Shown piece after piece: positions 1 to 12,900 of a DNA stretch of 64,000 bases. Position 1 is the first letter of the stretch, and every line of letters begins with the position of its first letter. Under the pieces are notes generated by a model that was given only the letters and a program-made list of their open reading frames with translations, was not told the DNA's origin and did not search any database. This DNA is from Pachysolen tannophilus NRRL Y-2460. Taxonomy: Eukaryota. The stretch is taken from contig KV454014.1 of assembly GCA_001661245.1 (NCBI GenBank), forward strand, positions 1 to 64,000, given 5' to 3'. The translations under genes and the position numbers were made by a program.

Positions 1-388
1 ACACCACTCACACCACTCACACCACTCACACCACTCACACCACTCACACCACTCACACCACTCACACCACTCACACCACTCACACCACTCACACCACTCA
101 CACCACTCACACCACTCACACCACTCACACCACTCACACCACTCACACCACTCACACCACTCACACCACTCACACCACTCACACCACTCACACCACTCAC
201 ACCACTCACACCACTCACACCACTCACACCACTCACACCACTCACACCACTCTCACCACTCACACCACTCTCACCACTCACACCACTCTCACCACTCACA
301 CCACTCTCACACCTCTCACACCACTCTCACACCTCTCACACCTCTCACACCTCTCACACCTCTCACACCTCTCACACCTCTCACACCT
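1..388. repeat. Telomeric repeat array, unit ACACCACTC (G strand GAGTGGTGT), with proximal variants TCACCACTC and ACACCTCTC
   Basis: Perfect 9-bp tandem array from base 1 to ~250, then variant units to ~388; C-rich strand at the window's 5' end. Confidence 0.95.
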
Positions 389-2507
389 GATTTTTGTTTT
401 TTGAATTTTGAATTTTGAATTGTGATTTGTGAATTCTGAGTTCCCCTCTACTGTTAACGAGTAAATGATGAAAACTAATACCCTGACTTATTCTTTTACT
501 TTCAAAATTAAGGATTAGTAAAAAGAATACTCAGTCTTAGAATTACCAAGCACATTTGCAGACTTAGATGTATAGATTATGCATCATCATTTGCCTTATG
601 TACATATTTCTATTCCATCTAATCAAAAGAGGAAATTAAATTCTTCATCAAAAAATGAAAAACAGTGCAAGTTGTTAATATAAGTAAAATTTAATCCCAT
701 GAACATTTCCACCCTTTTTTGATTTCAGGTGTTCTTTAACGATAATGACCAGAATTCAATTTTTTTGTCTACAAAATGTTGAAGATAGAATCAAAAGTGA
801 AAACTGAATAAAATTGCATCATGTATAAACTTATAGCCATATTAATCTTATCAAAATTGTTATAATAACAAAATAGTAGGTTAGCTATTAATGAAAAATA
901 TGACAAAAATCTTTCTATCGTTTTACGAAATAGTAGTTTCAATTTTTTGTCCCTATATAATGAAGCAGTTTTATGTGCCGTGTTGCGTGTCAGACGAATA
1001 AATTGTAAATTTTTTCAAAGCCAAAATCCCGTTGATCAAAGTACTTTAAGTAGTTAATAAGGTTTTTATTAGTTATTTAAAGAATTTTTTGTTAGCCGTC
1101 ACAAGTTTAATAGTTCTACAACGATTAGTGAGAACAATTTTTCACTAATGTCTTGTATTGTCAACTGATATCAAACATTTTTAAAACAATATAATTGAAG
1201 ATTCTGGGAGTACACTTCTAAATTTTTAAAGATCATTTGATTACAAAATTATTTTCTTACAAAGAAAAATTAATATTAGTTTAGATTTTTCATTATTAAC
1301 CTATATAAATGTATTGAATCAATCTGTATCTTATTCAATTTAGAATTACTTCTCAATTTTTTTTGGATTGCTAGAGGTTTCTATTTTTTTCAGTTCGAAA
1401 CATTTGTCTTTAGTACCACAAATAGTACATATTCATGCAGCATACAAGTTTTATCTCCAATTTTCCAAATTACAAGATTATGACTTCTAACTATTGAAAA
1501 GATTGGTAGGAAATTCTCTGTCCAATCATGGTATTAATAATTACATCCGATATTCTGTATAATATAAGACATCTTTTTTCGGTCCGAGCCCTACGTTATT
1601 TAAATATCTGCCATCTCCTTCAGCTGCATACCACATATTGACCTGCAGTATCTACACAGCAGAACCGCATATCTCGTTATTTCAATTCTTCTAGATCGTG
1701 GAGCTCCCATTACTTAGAGCTTTGGTTTTCATCTTCATTACTATTAATCTCTGCTTATATCTTGTATCACAGTTTTACTTTGATGAATTTATTAATGTTC
1801 GTCGTCACATTTGAATTTTTTCAATAAAATAAAGTTATTTCCGAGGTACGTCTTTCTTTATTCCGAATGTTAAAAACTATAAAATTTATTATTCATAAAC
1901 TTTTCTTTTGCAATTCGATAAATAAATAAAACTATTTTAACTACAACGTAGTTTAATTGAGAGCAATATAGATCAATACCTCGTCACCTTCAAAAGTCTT
2001 GTACCTGTTTTTAACAAGAGCAAAGTAATTCTTGTACAAAGAATTCTTTATTAAGCCGCAGAGGTAAGCTCTGTACGTCGTGCATTAACTTTTGAGAGAC
2101 TACGCAGGGTTTTAGCAATTTGCTGAGCTCTAGTTGAAGACTAATAAGCCATCAGTTCTGCATTAACCAATGCTCCGTTTAGATGATTTAGATTAGATCT
2201 TTTTGATAACTTTGGTTCGAAGTATCACTTCAAAGCTGATTATCATCTTTGATTCTTTACATTTTTTTTCCAAAGTTTGGAAACTTCATAGAATACCTGG
2301 ACGGATGAATCCGGTCTTATGCTTTTCATTCTTTTTTTTAGTTAAGTTGCACAACATGCACGGCACTTTATGTATAATAGAATCATAAATATATATATAT
2401 ATTTTGGAGCCGATTTTTTTTCTTTGGAAGTAATTTTGGTTCAACATATCTCAGAATATTGCTATTATATTTTGAAAAAGTATTCTCTTTGTTTTTTTTT
2501 AATCAAG

Positions 2508-4433
2508 ATGTCTCTTCAACTTGAACCTGATATCACAAGAAAGTCGGATAAGTTGCATGAACCTGAAGCTGGTACTATGCTGGACAATAAAAAAAGTGAC
2601 GAAGTTTTTTCCTCGTCTCATGCTACTGAAAACAATTCAATTGAAAATGAAGAAGAGGTAGAAATTATTGAGACTAAGTCTGTTACTTTAAGAAAAACAG
2701 AAATTATGGCTGCTCAGTATGATACTATATATCATAAAATACTGATTTTATTCTCTGCTTTCTTGGTAGGTTATGGTTATGGTTTGGACAGTCAGGTCCG
2801 TTCTGTTTTCACTTCTTATGCTACTTCTTCTTATAGTACACATTCTTTGATGTCCACTGTTAATGTTATTGATGCTGTGGTTGCTGCAGCTTCTCAACCA
2901 CTGTATGCAAGATTAAGTGATGTCTTTGGAAGATTGCAATTATTTATTGTTTCTATTCTCTTTTACTCTATTGGAACCATTATTCAAAGTCAATCATATG
3001 ACGTTCAAAGGTATGCAGGTGGTTCTGTCTTGTATGAAATTGGTTACACAGGTGTTATCTTAATTTTATTACTTATTTTATCTGATTTTTCTTCTTTAAA
3101 ATGGAGATTATTTTTCACTTTTGTTCCTTCTTTCCCATTCATCATAAATACCTGGATTAGTGGTAATGTTACTGAATCTGTTGGAGGAAGTGACTGGAGT
3201 TGGGGTATTGGTATGTGGGCTTTTATATTTCCATTAAGTTGTGTTCCATTGATATGTTGTATGTTACATATGAGGTGGTTGGCAGGTAAGACTGATGAAT
3301 GGAAACAACTAATGGAAGAAAATCGTATTAAAACTGAAAAGTTTTCTACTGCCTCCAGTGCTTTTTATAAATTCATGGTAGACTTATTTTGGAAACTCGA
3401 TATTATTGGTTTATTTTTATTGATCGTTTCTTTGGGTTGCCTTTTGGTTCCATTAACTTTAGCTGGTGGTGTCAAAGAAAAATGGAAACACGGAAATATC
3501 ATTGGTCCAATTGTTTTAGGTGGAGTTTTAATACCAGTGTTTGTTTTCTATGAGTTCAAATTTGCTAGATTTCCAATTGCACCATTTAAACTTGTTAAAG
3601 ATCGTGGTGTTTGGTCACCTATAGTTATGTCATTCTTATACGACTTCATCTTCTATGTTGCTTGTGACTATTTATATACTGTCATGATCATTGCAGTAGA
3701 CGAATCAGTTAAGTCTGCAACAAGAATTAATACTTTATCATCGTTTGTTGGTGTTGTTGCATCTCCCTTTTTTGGCTTGTTTATCGTCAAATTTAAAAGA
3801 TTAAAAGGATTTATGATGTTTGGTTGTTCCTTGTGGTTGGTTGCATGTGGTTTGTTGATGAAGTATAGAAGCGGTGAAACTTCTCATTCAGGTATTATAG
3901 GTGCCCTTTGTGTCTGGGGTTTAGGTACATGTTTCTTTTCCTACCCAATAACTGTTTCATTGCAATCCGTTACAACGCATGAAAATATGGCTAATGTTAC
4001 TTCATTATCTTATATGACTTATAGAATTGGTGCTGCTGTTGGTTATGCTATTTCTGGTGCAATATGGACTCAAACTTTGTACAATAAAATATTAAAATAT
4101 ATGGGTGATCCTACATTAGCTGCTACTGCTTATGGTTCTCCTTATGAATTTATTGTTTCATATCCTTGGGGAACTACAGAGAGAACTGCTTTAGTTAAAG
4201 CTTACAGAGATGTCCAGAAATTGGAAACCTTAGTTGCACTTGTATTTTGCGTACCATTGTTATTTTGTACATTTTTCTTGAGAGATACAAGATTGACGGA
4301 CGAACAAGCTCAAAGGAAATTTCATCGTGGTGAATTGGTTTATACAGAAGATAAAGATGTTATTGGTGATTGGTTTGATCGTCTTCAAAAAAAGATACAA
4401 AGAAAAAAAACGTATAGTCTAGATATTGACTAA
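2508..4433 (+). CDS. SIT1: Siderophore-iron MFS transporter (ARN/SIT1 family)
   Basis: Multi-TM MFS with YARLSDVFGR, PFIINTWISG, WSWGIGMWAFI and YPWGTTER motifs; likely start at ATG 2508. Confidence 0.85.
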   Translation: MSLQLEPDITRKSDKLHEPEAGTMLDNKKSDEVFSSSHATENNSIENEEEVEIIETKSVTLRKTEIMAAQYDTIYHKILILFSAFLVGYGYGLDSQVRSVFTSYATSSYSTHSLMSTVNVIDAVVAAASQPLYARLSDVFGRLQLFIVSILFYSIGTIIQSQSYDVQRYAGGSVLYEIGYTGVILILLLILSDFSSLKWRLFFTFVPSFPFIINTWISGNVTESVGGSDWSWGIGMWAFIFPLSCVPLICCMLHMRWLAGKTDEWKQLMEENRIKTEKFSTASSAFYKFMVDLFWKLDIIGLFLLIVSLGCLLVPLTLAGGVKEKWKHGNIIGPIVLGGVLIPVFVFYEFKFARFPIAPFKLVKDRGVWSPIVMSFLYDFIFYVACDYLYTVMIIAVDESVKSATRINTLSSFVGVVASPFFGLFIVKFKRLKGFMMFGCSLWLVACGLLMKYRSGETSHSGIIGALCVWGLGTCFFSYPITVSLQSVTTHENMANVTSLSYMTYRIGAAVGYAISGAIWTQTLYNKILKYMGDPTLAATAYGSPYEFIVSYPWGTTERTALVKAYRDVQKLETLVALVFCVPLLFCTFFLRDTRLTDEQAQRKFHRGELVYTEDKDVIGDWFDRLQKKIQRKKTYSLDID

Positions 4434-4923
4434 TCTAATGAAAACTTATTCTTCCAGAGTTCATTTTTAACACTATGTACCATATTTTATTCTTTTTTTT
4501 TTTTCGATATCGGTTTAATCATCATTTATGAGCGTTAAATTAATTTGATATTATGGAGCCCAAATGAACATCACAAAAAATAAAATTAAAAAAAAAAAGA
4601 CATTTACAATGTAAGTTTTTAAGTTAAAGTTTCAAGACAAATTGAAGCTTGCTATCAATATTCGGAATTCTTGTTTAAAATATCATATATCATATCATTT
4701 TGATTCTGCCAATGAGCGAAGTCCAAATATTTACAGGAGCCCAATCTATAGTAACGAATTATCGAACGATGAAGTATACTATCTTGTTTTTTTACCAAAA
4801 TCTTTTAGAACCCATTTTTATTAAACCTTAATCTATATATCTCTCTATCAAACACATAAACTAGATGGAATCTTTAGGAGAGAACTTCCAAATAACCATA
4901 AATCAAACATACAAGTTCCCACC

Positions 4924-5628
4924 TGGAATGATCAAGGTACGGTATTCATTATTACTAGAATCAGAAAAGGCTCTGCGTTTACTTAAAACAGATACATCTA
5001 ACATAATGGCAAAAAAAAAAAGAGAATATAAAGATAACAAATTATTAGTATCCATTCTGTGTTTTATGAAAAATCTTACTTTACTTACAATATTCAAATA
5101 AGTGATTTTCTATATTTGTATTCGTACGGAAATTTATGAATGAAACTTCACTGTTGTTATAAAGGTTTTTAAAATTGATCTGTGAAAAGCTTTTAGCAAG
5201 TAAAGATTTATTCTCATCTTGGTCTATATTATGAACATCACTGGTTATGAAATAATTAATACCATTGGTGAAAGCAGAACTTAATGAAATATCGTTGAAA
5301 TTAAAATTTATAAAATGAAAGTTTTCACTAGTGATTTTTTGAAGAATAGCACCTGAATCTTTTGCCATTTCTAAATGATGTTGATTAGCATCATACCAAG
5401 TCAATATCTTTTCATAACTGCATTGAAGTCCCAATCTAGCACAAGCCTGACATTTAGGTTTCCCTTCTATTTTCACCGTATTAGTTAGCTTTCAAAAACT
5501 GTACTTTAAATCATTTCGAAGAAATACAAACTTACCATCACATTTTTTTTCCTCTTCTTACAAATTAAACACCCAGATCTTTTCCTAACACACTTTCTCT
5601 TGAAGCTATTCTGTTTTTGTATAGCCAT
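4924..5628 (-). pseudogene. 5' half of a Zn(II)2Cys6 transcription factor (exons 5628-5536, 5466-5089, 4997-4924), inverted relative to its 3' half
   Basis: GCLICKKRKK..CD / EGKPKCQACARLGLQCSY zinc cluster; two GTAAGT..CTAA(C/T)..TAG introns; ends at EYRTLIIP; A8 run in exon 1 shifts the frame. Confidence 0.8.
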
Positions 5629-5979
5629 TATATCTTAAGAAATAGTTGTTCCATTCCTATTATGCAATTGAAAGATAAGATAAGAAAAGTAGTAAAGAAA
5701 ATTTGAAAGTAGTGAGTAAATAGTGAGTAAATAGTGTGTTTACTAAGAGAGCTAAACAGTTTATATAATAGTGATGAGTATACCAGTTTAACTATAAGAT
5801 TTGCACAAGGTCAGTATTCTAAGATTCTAGACTGAAAAGTAAATAAGTATCGGAAGATTTCTTTTAATGCGATCATATTTACTGGACTTTCATACCCTCA
5901 AAGTAGCAATTATGACTAAAAATTAGAAGCAGCAATCTTCTTTTAATAAACCTTAAACATCAGCAGAACCTTAAAAAAA

Positions 5980-7065
5980 AATTGCTATATATCACCTGCT
6001 TTGTTTCATTCGGTAATCGCATTGGCAGCAAATGATATGGTTAGAAAGCAGCCACAACATTCAAAGTATTATTCATCGTTATCAACAAAGTATAAGAATG
6101 AGGCCATCACCATATTACACAACATTTTAGATAATGAACCGCATTTTTTATCTAGTGATTCTTCAGATTTACTAAATGAAATAATCGTGACTATATTGAT
6201 GTTATGTTCTTTAGAAATAAGTGATAAGGGAAATAAGAATTGGCTTAATCATTTGAGAGAAGGTGGTCTTATATTTGGTTCATTATCATATTCAAAAATT
6301 TTGAATTCTGGGATGTTATTATTTTCTTATCGGTATTTTACATTGCGTTATATATTATTATTAACAACTTTAAACCACGATGAATTACAAAAATTTTTAG
6401 AAGCATCACCTTGGCCCATAATATCCAATTTTTTTGATAATGATAAAGTTGATTACATGTTAGGCTGTTCCCCTAGTCTTTTAAAAATTATTTACAAGAT
6501 TACAGTTTTAAATTATAACAGGTTTTCTATGACTGAGAATGAATTTCGCCAGGAATATGCACATTTAGAAGATGAATTGACAAATTTAAATCAACAGTTG
6601 AATAATAATGATAAAAATAGTTTGGAATTAAAACTATGTGCTCAAGCCTATTATGAATCTACCAAAATTTATTTACGTTACTCATTGTTCATCTTTTCAG
6701 GAATGGAATTGGCACCATCCGATTTCGAAAAACTAATGAACACTGTTCTTTCAGTTTTAAACAGGTTAATCTCAGAAGTAAAACATTTAAGTTTATTCCC
6801 AACATGGACAATATTCATTGCAGCTTCTTGCTCCTCAAATCTTTTAAATGATGCCGTAAGATTCTCCATATTGAACAATTTTGAAGAATTAGAAAAAGTA
6901 TGGCCTCAAGCATCTAATTCTCAAATTAGAGTTGCAATAGAAACAATTTGGAAAACTTATGACTTGAATTTCGATCTTATTAACCATTACTCTTCATGTG
7001 AAGCTGGTCTTATTGACTGGAGAGATATCTTAAGTATTACAGGTTTTAAACTAGCATTAACTTGA
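5980..7065 (+). pseudogene. 3' half of the same Zn-cluster factor (Fungal_trans_2-type domain), lacking its own N-terminus
   Basis: NCYISPALFHSVIALAA..ILMLCSLEI..WLNHL..DYMLGCS..IDWRDIL; continues the minus-strand RTLIIP motif. Confidence 0.8.
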
Positions 7066-7248
7066 ACTATAAACAATTTACTAGTTTGCTCTGGCCCTTG
7101 GCTAGAACCATCTTCTAGACTCATCATCAACAGAGTACTTTTCCCCCAATAAATAGTTGTTGCATTTTTTTGCAGAATAGAAATATCTTTTTTTCTCCCT
7201 TTTTTCAATTATAACCGTGAGTTGTCCAATTTTTCTTTGATTTTATAT

Positions 7249-7286
<38 letters not shown>

Positions 7287-7356
7287 TATATATGAATAAT
7301 CTTGTGTGGTGAATTTGAATTAGAGTGAGTGGTTTGGTTGTAGATTATTTTGAATA

Positions 7357-8553
7357 ATGACTTGTCTGGAGTATGTATTGGAGAGAACTACTGATGCTAG
7401 AGTGTATCTGTGGTGTCATTTACAAAATTCATGTTCTTGGAAGTCGAATTTAACTTCTGAGCAATACGTTAAAAGGGAATCTGTTTTATCCTTGACGAAA
7501 ATTTGTAATGCCCAAAGAAATGAGAATGAATTAAAAGGTATTCATTATTGGGTTCTTAGGGATATGGGAATTGTTAAAAATGAAGGTGTTAAAAATGATG
7601 ATGAGGTTTACGATTTGACATATAATATTGTTGCTTCATCAGAGACTCTTTTCAGGGAATCATGGGTATTTCAATTTAAAGATGGAATAGTTGATAGGAA
7701 ACAAGTTTTATCACCTTGTATTGGTGGGGTCTATACACTTCCATCACAAAGAGGTAAAGGTGTTGCTTCTATTATGATTACAAAATTAAATGAAAAATTA
7801 TCTGAGATGATGGATAAAGATAGATTTATAACTTTATACTCAGAAATTGGTAATTATTATGAAAAATTTGGTTATAAAAATTTTGAAGTTGGTTTATGTC
7901 ATATTCCAATTCTTGATGAAGATTTAAATATCAATATCAATATTGATGAAAATTTTTCATTTAATTTTTTAAAAAATGGAGAATTTAAACAAATTATTGA
8001 ATTTTATAAAAAAAAATTTTTAAAACAAATTGAATCATTAGTCTTATTAGATAAAAATAGGACCAAGATTAGTTTAATTCCATCAATTGAAGTTATTGAA
8101 TGGCATCATGAAAGATCAATTTTCATCTCAAAGACCCTCTATGATGTAAAACCAGGTCATTTTGGAGTTCAAATATGTGATAATCAACAAAATTTGAAAG
8201 GATTTATAATTTGGACTCATGATTATAAAGAAAAATCATTAGTATTACTCATTATTTATGGTGAAAATTTAAATATTTTAACTGATTTAATAAAGCTTAC
8301 AATTCTTGAAGCTAAAAAGATAAATTTTGAAAAAATTATTTGTTGGGAATCTGATTTATTCAATTATAAATTAAATATAAATGGTATTGATAAAGATGAA
8401 ACCTCAAAATTTACAAAAATCATTGAAACTGATTTACATGGAAAATTACATTTAAAAAATGGCTCAATAAGTGCTGCTTTAAAATTCCATAATAATGTTA
8501 ATGATAATGGAAATTTAGATTGGGAAGGAAACGGCAAATGGGCCTGGTTTTAA
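7357..8553 (+). CDS. GNAT-family acetyltransferase (LYC1-like)
   Basis: IGGVYTLPSQRGKGVA acetyl-CoA motif; LYSEIGNYYEKFGY. Confidence 0.75.
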   Translation: MTCLEYVLERTTDARVYLWCHLQNSCSWKSNLTSEQYVKRESVLSLTKICNAQRNENELKGIHYWVLRDMGIVKNEGVKNDDEVYDLTYNIVASSETLFRESWVFQFKDGIVDRKQVLSPCIGGVYTLPSQRGKGVASIMITKLNEKLSEMMDKDRFITLYSEIGNYYEKFGYKNFEVGLCHIPILDEDLNININIDENFSFNFLKNGEFKQIIEFYKKKFLKQIESLVLLDKNRTKISLIPSIEVIEWHHERSIFISKTLYDVKPGHFGVQICDNQQNLKGFIIWTHDYKEKSLVLLIIYGENLNILTDLIKLTILEAKKINFEKIICWESDLFNYKLNINGIDKDETSKFTKIIETDLHGKLHLKNGSISAALKFHNNVNDNGNLDWEGNGKWAWF

Positions 8554-8727
8554 TTAATTTATAATATTTAAATAATTAGAAAATGTATTAGAAATTATAG
8601 AAACCAAAAAAGAAAAATTTATTTATTTATTTAATATATATATATTTTATTTTTTATTAATTATTCTTCTTCTTTTAATAATAATAATATAATAAGTTTA
8701 TCTATAGGATTATATGATATAGTAGAT

Positions 8728-9741
8728 ATGGTTATCAAAGGTCGAGGGCCGTTAAGGATCAAGGAGAAAAATCACCCAAATAGACCATCACCTACAAGTC
8801 ATATTGATAAAATAGCATCTTTAAAATCACAACCACTTAAAGATGATGCATTAAATTTATTACACGAATTAGCTAAATTGGTGGCACCAATAATGACGAA
8901 GCATAATTTTAAAGTAAAATTACTTTGTGAGATGTTCCCCAAGAGTGCTAATTTATTAGGTTTAAATATTAATAGAGGAGCAAAGATAATGATAAGGTTA
9001 CGCCATTCACATAATAAATTTCAATTTATTGCAAAATCAGAATTAATTGGTACTTTTCTTCATGAATTAACTCATAATATCTATGGATTACATAATGCCC
9101 AGTTTTATTCATTTTTGGATAAATTGAAAACAGAATTTGAAGATATGATGTGTAAATATGGATTTGATATTAATGGTATGGTAACTTTTGATGATATGTT
9201 TGGAAATAATACGAGACTTAATAATAAAATTTCTAACATTACAGGGAATTCTAAAAGTAATAATAATTTTTTCAAAGAAGTTCATAGACTTGGATCTGGA
9301 GATAATTCTAATTCGATATCCACCATCAGGGGGAAATCAATGAGAGAGTTGATTGCAGATGCTACTGATAGGCGGTTAAAGGATAATAAAACTTGTCATG
9401 AAGCCACATTTTCAGATGGTTTAAATGATAATAAATTTATGGAAGATTTGCAAAAAAAAGGAGAAATACCCAGAGATCAAGATTTAGATATAATCGTGAT
9501 TGAAGATGAAGATGAAGACAAACAAAGAGATAATGAAACTAATAATCGGAACAGCAACGGCAACAAAAACAGGAAAAGGAAAATGGAACCACCTCAAGAT
9601 GATGAAGTGATAATTTTGGATTCAAGCAATGATACAACAATTAATACTAATTTGAATAAAAGCCAAAATACAAACACAAAACGGAAACACACCAAAAAGA
9701 AACTGGAAGTAGATGAAATAGTTCTTATAGATCTAACCTAG
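8728..9741 (+). CDS. WSS1: WLM-domain DNA-protein crosslink metalloprotease
   Basis: LLGLNINRG, HELTHNIYGLH zinc motif, C-terminal SIM-like IVLIDLT. Confidence 0.9.
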   Translation: MVIKGRGPLRIKEKNHPNRPSPTSHIDKIASLKSQPLKDDALNLLHELAKLVAPIMTKHNFKVKLLCEMFPKSANLLGLNINRGAKIMIRLRHSHNKFQFIAKSELIGTFLHELTHNIYGLHNAQFYSFLDKLKTEFEDMMCKYGFDINGMVTFDDMFGNNTRLNNKISNITGNSKSNNNFFKEVHRLGSGDNSNSISTIRGKSMRELIADATDRRLKDNKTCHEATFSDGLNDNKFMEDLQKKGEIPRDQDLDIIVIEDEDEDKQRDNETNNRNSNGNKNRKRKMEPPQDDEVIILDSSNDTTINTNLNKSQNTNTKRKHTKKKLEVDEIVLIDLT

Positions 9742-9970
9742 TCTAGATAGAATATAGAGATACTAATGACAACTTTTTTTTTTTTTTTTTTGGTTACGTA
9801 GATAAATCTTTCTGAAATCGCAGCGATCTCTTAATCTCTTTTAATTTCTTGATTTTTTTAATTTTCTATTTTTTCATTTATTTTTATTTTAAATGAAAAA
9901 TAATAGAAAGGTACCAGAAGTTGATAACCTATACGTTAGATACTTTAATCATTTTTGAGGTATTGTTCCA

Positions 9971-12900
9971 ATGGATCAGCAACCCAATAGCTCACCTAAC
10001 TTAAGAAGGCCCAGTGGTAATAATTTTGCTAGGTTTGCCTTTAATATTTATGGAGGAGGTGGTAGTAATTCGAGTAATAATGTTTCGTCGGTATCACAAC
10101 CTCTGAGTTTTTCAAGTTATTCAAGTCAAAGAAATAATAGTAATAATAGTAATAATAGTAATGGTAATCAGAATTATAGTATATCTGGTGGTGATGTTGT
10201 TGAAAATAAACTCAAGTTTGCATCCAATAATGAGATCTTGTGTGTTTCTTTATCAAACTATGATAATAACGTTGTTGCAATTGGAGGCCAAAGATTATTA
10301 CAAGTATTGAGAATTAATTCTTTAACAAATGAGATAAATATAGAAAAGGATTTGAACCCATCACTTGCATTGAGTAGAAGTAGTAAAATTGGATATATTT
10401 CAGATCTAAAATTTGGTCATCATCAATTAAACAACTATATAGCAGCTGCTACATCATCTGGGAATATTTGTTTATATAATCTCATAAAATCAGATCGCAT
10501 TTTAACCACATTGAACGATCATTCAAGAACAGTAAATACCATCGATTTTAATCCCAATCAACAATCACAATATGCTTCATGGTCATTAATCTCAGGTTCC
10601 CAGGATGGAACTATAAAGATATGGGATTTAAGAACAAATTCTAATCGCGCAGCAGTTACCATTACTGGGACTGCTGATCCAGTCCGTTGCGTTCAATTCT
10701 CACCACATAACTCTACAAGTATAGCAGGTATCTTTGATTCCGGTGTAATCAAAAAATATGATTTGAGAAATCCAAATCAAATTGATAGGAAGCTAAATGC
10801 TCACACAGGTCCAGGTTTGACCCTCCAATGGCATCCAGAATTGGATTATATAGCTAGTGGAGGCAGAGATAAACAATTACAAGTTTGGAATATGGCTCCT
10901 TCCAATAATGAACAAAGGACTCCTGATTTTGTCATTAATACAGCGGGAGCAATTTCAAAAGTTAGCTGGTCTCCAATTTTCACAAGTGGGAATATTTTTA
11001 ATTCTCAAATTGCAACATGTTTTTATAACGATGATCCATGTATTCAAGTATGGTCCTTAAACAGAAAATATATTCCAAGTTATAATATAGAAAGTCATAG
11101 TAATCTCGTCACAGGTATATGTTGGAAAGACAATAATACTATATTGAGTGGCTCTAAAGATAAAACATTAGTACAGCATGATCTAACCAAGATTGCAAGA
11201 CGTCTTGATAATTTACATACTGTCAGTATGGATTTTTCCTATCATGATTTGGTGTTTGTAAATCAGAATAGTTCAGATTACGAAAAATCATGGATGAATA
11301 CTCAAGATGCAGAGACAACTCGTTCTCCTCCTATTCATCAGACGTTCTCAAGTGATGCAAATTTAGTATCATCATCCGCACAGCTGTTACTGTCACTAAA
11401 CATCAACTCAACACCATCTTCATTTTTATCCTCCTCATCTGGTCAACATCCATACAATTCCACTTCCCCCAATATGAACCTGCAAGAAAGACCATCATTA
11501 CTAAGAAATGCTACACATAGACCAGTGATAAAACGAAATTTATCAAATAGACAAAATACTTTAGTAAATCAATTTTTGCATTCTTCTCCTTTTCTTTGTC
11601 CTGTTGAGATACCTACTAGTGACAATGACGCGATATTTGAATTTTTGTCTTCACATTATTTAATATCTATCCCTGATGGAATGAACTTAATTTCTGTATG
11701 TCAATACAATTCAAGTGTTGCAGCTACTGGTGGTCATTACCGTGATTCTCAAACATGGAAAATTATTAGTTCAAGTATTGAATTTGCAGAAAACTCTGGA
11801 GATATTCAATATGGTTCTGCTATTGGTGAAACTAGACTGGGTCAAATGAAGGAGGAACATGAAGGTGAGAATAAAGACACTTTGAAAAATTTTGATTCTA
11901 CACGATCCAATTCAGAGATAGATGTTGGATCATTAGGTTCACACTCTACAAATTACTTTGGAGGAGCATCGTTACCGCGAGATAATTTTGCTTCTCAGGC
12001 AAATTTGATTATGAGTCGATCTCTCAGTGTAGAAGAGTACAAACGTGAGCCTGTATCGAAATTAACAAAACTGAGCATGAATTCAGAGACAAATGAAAAT
12101 GCAATTGTTGATGATGAAGATGATGAAAGTGTGAAAGACATTAATTCTGGGACAAAACAATCGAAAAATCATCATACTGATAGTAACGGGAATCATACAG
12201 TTGTTCCAAATGATACCAAAAAATTAGGAGCAACAGAAAAAAATCATGAAGTTAATAATATTCATTCTTCCCAGAAACCGATTCTGATAAATTTAAAACT
12301 GAAAAGATCTTCATTTAATCATTACCCTCATGAAAAAATTTCTTCATCACTTTCAGGTTCTGTCCAAGCACTTTCTGATGATGATGCAAATCTGTATAAT
12401 TCTTCATTGGGTAAATCACCTTTATCTTTGGTATCTACAGTTTCATCTTCAAATAGACCTAATTTTGGTGGAATTGCAACTAATGGTAATAATAACAGTA
12501 GTAATACATGGAAAGATATTACGAAAAATGGTCTTACAACATTACCTGAAAGAGTAAGATTAAATTCAAGGGTTAGTTCTAAAAGTGCTAGAAGTACATT
12601 AACTAAGATCTTAAAAGAAGACCAATCTAAATTAAATAGGAAAGATGGTGATATGAATAATGGGGAAGCAGATGGAGAAGAAGCAGAGGATTTTGATGAT
12701 GGTTATCCGATTGTACCATGGTCTCCGCATGTTTTAATTTCCAAAGCTGCTAAGTATGGTGCACATCAAGGAGATATTATCATGTGTGCGACATTGGCAT
12801 TACTTTTCGCTAATCATTATCAAAGTAGATCGATTTCTAAATATGAGGCTATGGATTGGATTTATTCTTATCATGAGATCTTACTACGCAAGGGATTATT

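Noticed and set aside
4850..4912. Minus-strand GTATGT after RTLIIPGGNL as a further TF intron
   Set aside because: No consensus branch point or coding continuation on that strand; the direct join to 5980 fits the family spacing.
7325..7333. Single GTGAGTGGT as internal telomere
   Set aside because: One 9-mer is compatible with chance.
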